From Rickettsiales bacterium (GTDB lineage Bacteria; Pseudomonadota; Alphaproteobacteria; Rickettsiales; UBA3002): a stretch of DNA of 24,000 nt. Location of the stretch: the NCBI GenBank assembly GCA_049317085.1, contig JBMOIY010000019.1:2161-26160 (forward strand). The letters are read 5' to 3'. The notes under the pieces were generated by a model. It saw only the letters and a program-made list of their open reading frames with translations, ran no database searches and had not been told where the DNA came from. Numbering within the stretch: the stretch's first letter is position 1; each line of letters begins with the position of its first letter. Both the position numbers and the translations under genes were made by a program. This document shows, piece after piece, positions 7,491 to 14,881 of the stretch.

Positions 7491-8806
7491 TGACCAGTGC
7501 TTCTTCCCCACAGGAAGCCAGCCCCACAAAAAAAGCCTTGCACCGCTCGATCTACGTTCAAGTGATTGTCGCCATTATTCTGGGGATCGGCTTTGGCCAT
7601 TTTCACCCGGAAATGGCTGCAACAATGAAGCCACTCGCTGATGGCTTTATCAAGCTAATCAAAATGATCATCGGGCCAATTATTTTCTGCACCATCGTTC
7701 ATGGGGTTGCTGGGTCTGATAATTTAAGGCAAGTCGGCACTGTCGGCGTGAAGGCGCTCAGCTATTTCATGTTTATGACAACGTTTGCCATGTTGATTGG
7801 ACTGGTTGTGGTGAATATCCAGCAGCCGGGCGTTGGGATGAATATTGGTTCGACGGTGCATGAGCAGGAATACGTTGCCGCTGATAAGGGCAACACACCG
7901 ACCGCTGCTAAATCGCACAACAGTGCGGTGGATTTTGTACTTAATATCATTCCAAAAACCATGTCGTCCGCTTTCACAGAAGGTAATATTCTACAGGTTC
8001 TTTTTATATCGCTCCTATGTGCATTTGCGCTGGCGGGTATGGGAGAAAAAGGAAAGCCAGTAGTACATGGGATTGAGCTGCTTTCCGCCATGTTTTTTCG
8101 CATCGTGAACATGATCGTAAAACTTGCGCCAATCGGCGCATTCGGCGCAATGGCCTTTACGATTGGTGAGCATGGGATAGAATCACTGATAAAACTTTTC
8201 GCCATGATGCTTGGCTTTTACGCAACCTGCATCCTGTTTGTTGGTGTTGTATTATGGGCAGTGATGCGCGTTGTGGGTCTTTCGCTCTGGTCATTCCTTA
8301 AATACATTAAAGAGGAAATATTCATTGTCGTCGGCACTTGTTCATCAGAAACGGTGCTGCCGCAGATGGTAGAAAAACTCACCAAGCTCGGTTGCAAACG
8401 CTCAGTAGCCGGAATGGTGATTCCTACGGGATATTCTTTCAATCTGGACGGTACAGCCATTTATTTAACGATGGGGGCAATGTTCATCGCCCAAGCAACT
8501 AATACTCCTATGGGGCTTGGTGAGCAGCTCTCCTTACTTGCGCTACTTATTGTGGCCTCTAAAGGTGCAGCCGCAGTAAGTGGCGGATCATTTATTGTGC
8601 TCGCCGCAACCTTATCCACTATGGATCTGATTCCACCGGCACTGCTTACCATCGCACTTGCGCAGATATTTGCGATTCATCGGTTCATGTCTGAAGCCAT
8701 TTCCGTCACGAATCTCATTGGCAATGGCGTAGCAACGTTATTCGTTTCCAAATGGGAAAAAGCCTTGGATATGAATGTTGCCAGAAAAATGCTGAGTGAA
8801 AGATAA
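7490..8806 (+). CDS. dctA: C4-dicarboxylate/cation symporter (DAACS family)
   Basis: 438 aa. SIYVQVIVAIILGIGFGHF...LADGFIKLIKMIIGPIIFCTIVHGVAG..., ...GTCSSETVLPQM..., ...IPTGYSFNLDGTAIY... are canonical DctA/GltP blocks. The ATG overlaps the previous stop by 1 nt (TGATG). Confidence 0.9.
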   Translation: MTSASSPQEASPTKKALHRSIYVQVIVAIILGIGFGHFHPEMAATMKPLADGFIKLIKMIIGPIIFCTIVHGVAGSDNLRQVGTVGVKALSYFMFMTTFAMLIGLVVVNIQQPGVGMNIGSTVHEQEYVAADKGNTPTAAKSHNSAVDFVLNIIPKTMSSAFTEGNILQVLFISLLCAFALAGMGEKGKPVVHGIELLSAMFFRIVNMIVKLAPIGAFGAMAFTIGEHGIESLIKLFAMMLGFYATCILFVGVVLWAVMRVVGLSLWSFLKYIKEEIFIVVGTCSSETVLPQMVEKLTKLGCKRSVAGMVIPTGYSFNLDGTAIYLTMGAMFIAQATNTPMGLGEQLSLLALLIVASKGAAAVSGGSFIVLAATLSTMDLIPPALLTIALAQIFAIHRFMSEAISVTNLIGNGVATLFVSKWEKALDMNVARKMLSER

Positions 8807-8807
8807 T

Positions 8808-9575
8808 ATGGTAAAATTATCTCTCAAAAGTTTTGTCGAAGCGCCGTGGTTCACCAGAACCATTATGGTGCTGATCGTCATCAATGCCGCGATTCTGGGG
8901 ATGGAAACCTACCCCGGAATCATGGCGCTGTACGGCAGCACACTTAAAGTTATAGATCACGTCATACTCTGGGTGTTCGTGGCAGAGTTATGCTTACGTT
9001 TGGCCGCATACCGCCTGAGATTCTTCCGCGACCCGTGGAGTATTTTTGATACGGCAGTGGTGTTGATTGCCTTTATGCCCGCTAATGAAGCGTTTGCAGT
9101 GCTTAGGGCAGCACGTGTGCTGCGCGTGCTGCGGCTGATTTCAATCTTCCCGCGCCTAAGGCGCGTCATTGAGGGTTTGATTGGTGCTATCCCAGGTATC
9201 GGCTCCATTGGTGCCATTTTGATGATCGTGTTTTACGTCTTCGCTGTTATGGCCACGAAACTCTATGGAGCACAATTTCCCAACTGGTTCGGCAGCCTGC
9301 ACGGTTCGTTCTTCACGCTGTTTCAAATCATGACGCTGGAAGGTTGGGCGGACATCGTGCGCGAAATCATGAAAACCCATCCGCAGGCATGGATATTTTT
9401 CGTCATCTACATATTAGCTGCCACTTTTACCGTACTCAATCTTTTTATCGCGGTGATCGTTGACGCGATGCAAAGACAGCATCAGTCAGAGGAGCAGGTA
9501 GAGAAAGACTCCATCAAGCGCATCGAAACAGAATTGATGAAGCTTCACCAGAAAATCGACGCGATGGGAAAATGA
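8808..9575 (+). CDS. Single-domain (6-TM) voltage-gated cation channel of the BacNav/NaChBac superfamily, with a TLEGWAD selectivity filter
   Basis: S4 has four phased arginines (LRAARVLRVLRLIS). Pore helix and filter: FFTLFQIMTLEGWADIV (filter at 9333-9353). S6: FFVIYILAATFTVLNLFIAVIVD. C-terminal neck and coiled coil: EEQVEKDSIKRIETELMKLHQKIDAM. The ATG at 8808 lies 1 nt after the dctA stop; an alternative GTG is at 8796. Confidence 0.85.
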   Translation: MVKLSLKSFVEAPWFTRTIMVLIVINAAILGMETYPGIMALYGSTLKVIDHVILWVFVAELCLRLAAYRLRFFRDPWSIFDTAVVLIAFMPANEAFAVLRAARVLRVLRLISIFPRLRRVIEGLIGAIPGIGSIGAILMIVFYVFAVMATKLYGAQFPNWFGSLHGSFFTLFQIMTLEGWADIVREIMKTHPQAWIFFVIYILAATFTVLNLFIAVIVDAMQRQHQSEEQVEKDSIKRIETELMKLHQKIDAMGK

Positions 9576-9640
9576 AAAATGAGCAGTAATTATAGATAGT
9601 GTACTGATGCCATTTTCTGCTTCAGCGGGGGTGCTATCCA

Positions 9641-9949
9641 TCAATTCACCGTATTACCAAGGGCGAAGCAAACATTGAGGAAGGCATTGCTCTTGAACGC
9701 GATGATGCACGCGCACGCGATCACTTCCGCGAGCATGCGGTTGAAATTGAATATAGCCCCGCGGATTTTTGGAGCACTGGACTGGAATTCGTAGCCGAGC
9801 GAGAATCTGGTGAAACGGCGCCGATTCTTGAAACTATCCTCATTGCTTTTGGCAAGGTAGCTATCTGGGAACCCGCCACGTAGCCACATGCTTTTTATGG
9901 CCTTTTCATTGTTACCGATTTCCAAAACATTCAGCGGGCCGAGATCAAC
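9641..9949 (-). pseudogene. Truncated, decayed fragment of a DUF4143-type AAA ATPase gene
   Basis: The open frame VDLGPLNVLEIGNNEKAIKSMWLRGGFPDSYLAKSNEDSFKNRRRF... carries the L.PL...E.......WLRGGFP.S.LA hallmark of the central part of these roughly 400-aa ATPases. A TAG lies immediately upstream, so there is no AAA domain. The downstream part retains only faint similarity (..F..MLA....TV.) and stops early. Confidence 0.5.
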
Positions 9950-9981
9950 CTAGTATGGGTAGATTTTAGCGAAATGAATGC

Positions 9982-10102
9982 ATGCACAATCCACCGATAA
10001 GCATGTATGTTCAGGGCAAAAAATGCACAGGAAAGTCATTTTAGTGCACACAACTTACGATTTGATGCACAAATTTGACATTTTAATGCACGACCAAAAT
10101 GG
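9982..10102 (+). repeat. Five same-strand (A/G)TGCAC motifs; the last four are exactly 21 bp apart (DnaA-box-like or iteron-like array)
   Basis: ATGCAC at 9982, ATGCAC at 10023, GTGCAC at 10044, ATGCAC at 10065, ATGCAC at 10086. The 21-nt units are aaaaATGCACaggaaagtcat / tttaGTGCACacaacttacga / tttgATGCACaaatttgacat / tttaATGCACgaccaaaatgg. TGATGCACA matches the DnaA box TTATNCACA at 8 of 9 positions; the others match at 7 of 9. Confidence 0.6.
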
Positions 10103-10362
10103 CTCGCCGAAACGGTCAATCATGCATATTGATTAATATTAATGGGTTAATAGCGGGTCTTTCCCAGCAACCTTCTATACGGGGACGCCAGGCCCGCCAT
10201 TTAGCTAGATTCAGGATTTTTAAAAGCATTTCGTTTCATTTTTTATTTAACAACAAATTGATATTAAATGGAACTTCTGTTTTTTTTGGCGAAAAACGTT
10301 TCGTTTTCACTTCGTTCGGTATCTAAAACAGCAATCATCTGCCGGTTTCGTCTCACTTCAGG

Positions 10363-10518
10363 TTATGCCCGCGCAATCGCTGGCCACCCAAAATAGTTAT
10401 CGATATAGATTTTGCGCTGCTCAGGAAATTCGATGACAGCTGCTCTTTGCTCCGGTAAAGTTCGAAACGCGTCGATGACGGCGCGCCATTGACTCGAGTC
10501 CTTAAACGTCACATGCAT
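10363..10518 (-). CDS. Hypothetical small protein (51 aa if it starts at MHVTF...); possibly a gene remnant
   Basis: The track ORF 10363..10659 would overlap the divergent neighbour's start. The shorter form MHVTFKDSSQWRAVIDAFRTLPEQRAAVIEFPEQRKIYIDNYFGWPAIARA has GC-rich-half composition. The SD is weak and I recognise no family. Confidence 0.3.
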   Translation of the reverse strand: MHVTFKDSSQWRAVIDAFRTLPEQRAAVIEFPEQRKIYIDNYFGWPAIARA

Positions 10519-10642
10519 CGCTTGGGCGCGCTCGGTACACAACATCAGCCAGAATCTCAACCGTCCCCACCCCAATTCCCATTTCAAACTTGCTATTATA
10601 TACCCATCGCTTAATTTCCAACCATTAGCGATGGAGATACCA

Positions 10643-11239
10643 ATGAAGGCACAACACAACTCCAGGACGACCGATTTGGGTACTACACTCTATGACGGGT
10701 CCACCGGCTTTCAAGTCCGCAAGCGCAACGGCATCGGAATGTTTTTTCATGTCTTTGCCTTATGCTGCATGGTGCTGATGGGTGCCTCGTTGCTTGTCTA
10801 CTATCGCTCGCCTGAAGGTTGCGCCTTTGCAGTCGCCATCGGCCTCAGCTTCGCACTGATTGCACAGAACCTCGAGAAACAGAAAAAAAGCCGCGAATCG
10901 CTGGAATTCATGAACGCGCTGTTATCCTCGGCACTTGGCGCAGGCCACCGCTTCTGCTGCATCGTGAAGAATACCGGCGACATCATGTTCTATAACCGCC
11001 CGTTCCAGGAAGTCTTCCCGGAATACATCACCCAAGGCACCCACACGCTGGATGCATTATTCACTCTTTATAATGTGCCCCAAGCCGACCATAACGCCAT
11101 CACAGGCCTGATGGCCCCGAATCGCAGCGGCACAATCAACACCAGCATCCGCGCCGAAGGTTCCAACACACAGACCATCAGCATTATCCTCGAACCCATC
11201 GAGCGGCCGACCGGGTACTTCCTGCTGCGCGGCAAATAG
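10643..11239 (+). CDS. Membrane-anchored protein with a C-terminal PAS-like fold and no output domain
   Basis: ATG 10643 follows GGAGA plus 5 nt. Two hydrophobic helices (MFFHVFALCCMVLMGASLLVYY, AFAVAIGLSFALIAQ) precede ...FMNALLSSALGAGHRFCCIVKNTGDIMFYNRPFQEVFPEY...ISIILEPIERPTGYFLLRG, which reads like a PAS core. This is a by-eye call. Confidence 0.45.
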   Translation: MKAQHNSRTTDLGTTLYDGSTGFQVRKRNGIGMFFHVFALCCMVLMGASLLVYYRSPEGCAFAVAIGLSFALIAQNLEKQKKSRESLEFMNALLSSALGAGHRFCCIVKNTGDIMFYNRPFQEVFPEYITQGTHTLDALFTLYNVPQADHNAITGLMAPNRSGTINTSIRAEGSNTQTISIILEPIERPTGYFLLRGK

Positions 11240-11281
11240 CGCGTTGCATCAGGGCCTCGGCTGCTCTACACCCCGTCCCCT

Positions 11282-13144
11282 ATGGCTGGACGCGTCCTTT
11301 TAGCACTCGAAGATATTTTCCTCACGGTTGGCAACCGGCTGCTGTTCGCGGGGGTGAACCTGCATATCAATGAGGGCGACAAGATATGTTTGGTGGGCCG
11401 CAATGGCGCTGGCAAGACCACCCTCATGCGTTTGATCATGCAGGAACTGGAGACCGATTCGGGCAAACGCTTCCTTCTGCCCGGCACCCGCATCGGATAC
11501 CTCGCCCAACAGGTCGATTTCAACCCCAAACAACGTGTCCGCGATTTCGTGATGCACGGCTTTCCGAAGGATAAACGCACCGACGAGGTCGCCCACCGCG
11601 CTGATATGGTCACCACCCCGCTCGGCCTCGACGCGGATGCACCCATGGGCCATTTGAGCGGCGGCCAGCTACGCCGCGCCGCGCTCGCACAAGCCCTCGT
11701 CGATGAGCCCGATATTTTGTTACTGGATGAGCCGACGAACCATCTCGACCTCGAAGCCACCCTCTGGCTCGAGCAATTCCTCGCCCGCACGAGAAGCGCC
11801 ATCATATGCGTGTCGCACGACAGAGCCTTCCTGAACGCGTTCACCCATAGGGTTTTCTGGATCGACCACGGCACGGTGCGCAACTGTCCGGTGGGTTATG
11901 CGGATTTCGATGATTGGGCCGAGCAGATTCTAGAGCAGGAAGCCCGCACCCTCGCCAATATGCAGAAGAAGTTGGAACAGGAGCTGGACTGGACCCAAGG
12001 CGGCGTCACCGCCCGACGAAAACGCAACATGCGGCGGATGAACGAACTCCACCGCCTGCGCGACAAACTGAAAAAAGATAAGGCCGCCTATAACGCAAAG
12101 ATTCAAGCCATCGATATCGACCCGCTGCAGCCTACGCCTGCTTCAAAGATCGTCGCGGAGTTCAAAGGCGTCAGTAAAACCTTCGAGCGTGACGGCAAGA
12201 AAATCAAGATCCTCGATAACTTCTCCCGCCGCATCCTCAAGGGCGATCGCATCGGTATACTCGGTCGCAATGGCTCTGGCAAATCGACCTTACTCAAAAT
12301 GCTCATCGGTGAGCTGGAGCCGGATTCCGGACTTGTTTTTCGTTCCAAGAAAATTGACCTCGCCTATTTCGACCAACACCGCAGCGCGCTAGAGCCGAGC
12401 CAGACGTTATGGCGCACCCTCGCCCCAAACAGCGATTACGTCTATATCGGCAGCGGCGCAGAGCGTCGGCACAAACATGTCGCGGCTTACCTCAAGGATT
12501 TCCTGTTCGACCCCAAACGCGCGAAGGACGAGGTCGGCACCCTGAGTGGTGGCATGCAGAACCGACTGATGCTCGCCCGCACCCTCATCAACCCCGGCAA
12601 TTTGATGATCCTCGATGAGCCGACCAACGACCTCGACATGGACACGCTCGACATGCTGCAGGAAATTCTCGCCAGCTACCAGGGCACGCTCATCATCGTC
12701 AGTCATGACCGCGACTTTCTTGACCGCACGGTGACCGAAGTGCTGGCCTTCGAGGGCGACGCCCAGATCGACTCCTACATCGGCGGCTACAGTGATTACC
12801 TTGAAGCCAAGGAAGAAAAACTGCGCCTGAACAGCAAGAGAAAAAACGCCGCGACCAAGGCCGCCATCGCCCAAGTTGAAGCGGCAGCGCCTGCCGTTGA
12901 AATACTCAAGCCAGCTAGTAGCCTAAGCTTCACCGAACTCCACGAACTGAAAAAACTCCCCGCCACCATCGCCGCGCTGGAACAGGAACTGATACCGTTA
13001 AAGAAAACCCTGGAAGACGCAGAACTCTACACCCGCGACCCACAACTTTTCGACCGCACCCTGCGCTACCTTACCCGTACGCAGAAGAAGCTGGAGGATG
13101 CAGAGAGCAGGTGGCTTGAGCTGGAAAGCAAAACGGCGGGCTAG
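11282..13144 (+). CDS. uup: ABC-F family ATPase, Uup-like (two ABC domains plus a C-terminal coiled-coil domain)
   Basis: 620 aa. Walker A GRNGAGKTT and GRNGSGKST; signatures LSGGQLRRAALA and LSGGMQNRLMLA; Walker B ILLLDEPTNHLD and LMILDEPTNDLD. No TM segments. The C-terminal tail ...LEQELIPLKKTLEDAELYTRDPQLF....L.....KLEDAESRWLELE matches the Uup C-terminal domain. Confidence 0.85.
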   Translation: MAGRVLLALEDIFLTVGNRLLFAGVNLHINEGDKICLVGRNGAGKTTLMRLIMQELETDSGKRFLLPGTRIGYLAQQVDFNPKQRVRDFVMHGFPKDKRTDEVAHRADMVTTPLGLDADAPMGHLSGGQLRRAALAQALVDEPDILLLDEPTNHLDLEATLWLEQFLARTRSAIICVSHDRAFLNAFTHRVFWIDHGTVRNCPVGYADFDDWAEQILEQEARTLANMQKKLEQELDWTQGGVTARRKRNMRRMNELHRLRDKLKKDKAAYNAKIQAIDIDPLQPTPASKIVAEFKGVSKTFERDGKKIKILDNFSRRILKGDRIGILGRNGSGKSTLLKMLIGELEPDSGLVFRSKKIDLAYFDQHRSALEPSQTLWRTLAPNSDYVYIGSGAERRHKHVAAYLKDFLFDPKRAKDEVGTLSGGMQNRLMLARTLINPGNLMILDEPTNDLDMDTLDMLQEILASYQGTLIIVSHDRDFLDRTVTEVLAFEGDAQIDSYIGGYSDYLEAKEEKLRLNSKRKNAATKAAIAQVEAAAPAVEILKPASSLSFTELHELKKLPATIAALEQELIPLKKTLEDAELYTRDPQLFDRTLRYLTRTQKKLEDAESRWLELESKTAG

Positions 13145-13151
13145 CACAAAC

Positions 13152-13170
13152 GAAAATGGGAGCCATTTTC
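13152..13170. terminator. Hairpin between convergent genes (possible bidirectional terminator)
   Basis: GAAAATGG-gag-CCATTTTC: an 8-bp stem with a 3-nt loop, 8 nt after the uup-like stop and 35 nt from the convergent gene's stop. The stem is AT-rich and there is no clear U-tract. Confidence 0.3.
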
Positions 13171-13204
13171 ATGACCCCCATTATCATAGAATTAAAATAC
13201 CCTT

Positions 13205-13876
13205 TTAATAGGTCGGGGTACGATTCTGTTGCTTACGCGCATCCACACAATCCGGCGAACTATACTTTTCTGCCTCTGGCGTGCCGGTTTTGGGCTCTGT
13301 GTAGCAGACATTGGCATCTTTGAGAGCTTGGGCAGCCTTATCCGCTGCACTACTTGCTGCCGATCCAACAGCTGAACCAGCGGCTTTCGCTTTATTCCAA
13401 AGTGAACCAAATCCGCTCTCTTCTTGCGCTGCTGGAGTCGGCGCTGCAGCAGGTGCCGCCGCCGCGGGTGCAGCTGGCGCTTGAGAACCCGGTGTCGGTG
13501 CCTGTGGTGCTGGCGCCTGCTGCGGAGCCACACCCGTGCGCTGATCCAAAATCTTCAGTCCTTCCTCATTAATACGAAGGAAATGCGGGCGAACAGTATC
13601 GTTCAAGAACGCCTTACCGCGCAATTCCGGGTCATTGTCGAAAAACTCTTTGGCCTTTTGCATCTCACCTAAGCGCAGTGAACCATTGGGCTGGTTCTTA
13701 AGCGCACCAATCTTGATAAGCTGGAGTTCAATTTTAGCAATTTCAGGGGTACGCTTGCCCGACTCGATGGTAACAGCATTCGTAGCTTTGTCCGCACCAA
13801 AGCGAAGCACGTCGCCTAGTACACCAGCTTGCGCCAATAGTTCAGGTTTTAGTTCGGGTGTTTTGTTGTCAGCCAT
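13205..13876 (-). CDS. Hypothetical protein with a central Pro/Ala/Gln-rich linker (223 aa)
   Basis: ATG 13876 (MADNKTPELK...) follows AGGAGA plus 5 nt. Linker APQQAPAPQAPTPGSQAPAAPAAAAPAAAPTPAAQ. No signal peptide seen and no family recognised. Confidence 0.55.
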   Translation of the reverse strand: MADNKTPELKPELLAQAGVLGDVLRFGADKATNAVTIESGKRTPEIAKIELQLIKIGALKNQPNGSLRLGEMQKAKEFFDNDPELRGKAFLNDTVRPHFLRINEEGLKILDQRTGVAPQQAPAPQAPTPGSQAPAAPAAAAPAAAPTPAAQEESGFGSLWNKAKAAGSAVGSAASSAADKAAQALKDANVCYTEPKTGTPEAEKYSSPDCVDARKQQNRTPTY

Positions 13877-14031
13877 TCTCATCTCCTACAGTTGATTTTT
13901 CACGATTCACTACAGGTTCAGTATACTTAATAAAACCTTAAGAGTGCATGACAGTTTGAAGACAATAGGCTCGATCCACGCCGAAAATCATAGCGCGAGA
14001 AATAACTAAAAAAATAATTTAAATCAAGCGA

Positions 14032-14787
14032 TTATTCCCCAGACATCGTGGCCGGAATATCCCAGCTCAGATGGACATTGGCCGCCTTGTGCTTACTGTT
14101 GATGGTGAAATCCTGATGCTTCTTCATCTCACCCAGCGTGGCATCGAGGGCATACGACCCATCCACCAGCTTTACATAGAGCAGAGGCCCTGCCACCACG
14201 TTCAGCATCTCCTCGACATCCTTGCCGTTCTTGCGAGTGATGACCACCCGCGCATCGCCCACGAACGCCCCGGCTTTACTTGCGCTCATCACATACAGGT
14301 TATAATCCGGCTTCGCCGCCTGAATCGCCGCCTGCTCATCATCGCCGATGCCACCGGTAACATACGTCACCTCCGGGCTGCTATGGGCCTCATTCTTAGT
14401 CTCAATCAGCGGAATATCCTGTGGTTTAGCTTTCGCCAGCGGAGCAACAGGTTTCACCACCGGGGCTGGTGTAGCAGTAGGAGCCACAACGACCGGAGTC
14501 GGTGTAGCGACGGGAGCTGCATCTGGCTTCACCACCACAATGCGCGGCATTTCCACATCATTCGCCGCCGGAGGAATCACTTCAACAGTACCGCTGTCCG
14601 GTACAGGTGCTGAAGAGGCCTGCGCCATCACCATATCATCCGCGTTATGGTCTACCTCGCCCGTATCTACCCAAACTTCTTCCACCACCTTCTCATCCAG
14701 TTGGAATGTCGTGATAGGCCTGGCAGAAGCAGGCAACGCACCCGCGCCAGCAAAAGTGATGACCGCAGCAGTGACCAGACGTTTCAT
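14032..14787 (-). CDS. Secreted protein (251 aa): signal peptide, Pro/Thr/Val/Ala-rich linker, and a conserved C-terminal beta-rich domain
   Basis: Internal start MKRLVTAAVITFAGAGALPASA|RP has a Sec signal with an ASA cleavage motif. Linker PDAAPVATPTPVVVAPTATPAPVVKPVAPLAKAKP. The C-terminal block YVTGGIGDDEQAAIQAAKPDYNLYVMSASK.GAFVGDARVVI...GKDV......GPLLYVKL.DGSY resembles a widespread proteobacterial domain of unknown function (carboxypeptidase-regulatory-like), as I recall it. Confidence 0.6.
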   Translation of the reverse strand: MKRLVTAAVITFAGAGALPASARPITTFQLDEKVVEEVWVDTGEVDHNADDMVMAQASSAPVPDSGTVEVIPPAANDVEMPRIVVVKPDAAPVATPTPVVVAPTATPAPVVKPVAPLAKAKPQDIPLIETKNEAHSSPEVTYVTGGIGDDEQAAIQAAKPDYNLYVMSASKAGAFVGDARVVITRKNGKDVEEMLNVVAGPLLYVKLVDGSYALDATLGEMKKHQDFTINSKHKAANVHLSWDIPATMSGE

Positions 14788-14881
14788 AGCAAACTCCCTG
14801 AAAGGATAGGTAACATTAGCTACCACTATGCACCCGCGCCATGACCGCAGCAAGCAGCATCGACACAGCATCCACCACGAG

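Noticed and set aside
9982-10102. The repeat array as a CRISPR
   Set aside because: The units are 21 nt with only an approximately 10-nt conserved core. There are no repeat-spacer alternations of CRISPR size and no cas genes.
10099-10326. 75-aa plus-strand ORF in the AT-rich junction
   Set aside because: It runs through the palindrome and the T-rich tract, is low in complexity (FHFLFNNKLILNG...), has no SD, and its composition is unlike either half's genes.
11266-13144. Antisense ORFs opposite the ABC-F gene (11266..11883, 11300..11653, 12103..12348, 12407..12874)
   Set aside because: These are shadow ORFs typical of GC-rich coding DNA. They are Arg/Ala/Ser-rich and have no motifs. The plus-strand frame has complete duplicated ABC motifs.
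14071-14844. Plus-strand ORFs opposite the secreted-protein gene (14071..14613, 14348..14809, 14647..14844)
   Set aside because: These are antisense shadows with biased composition (Arg/His-rich or Gly/Thr/Ser-rich) and no start context. The minus frame has a signal peptide and a conserved C-terminal domain.
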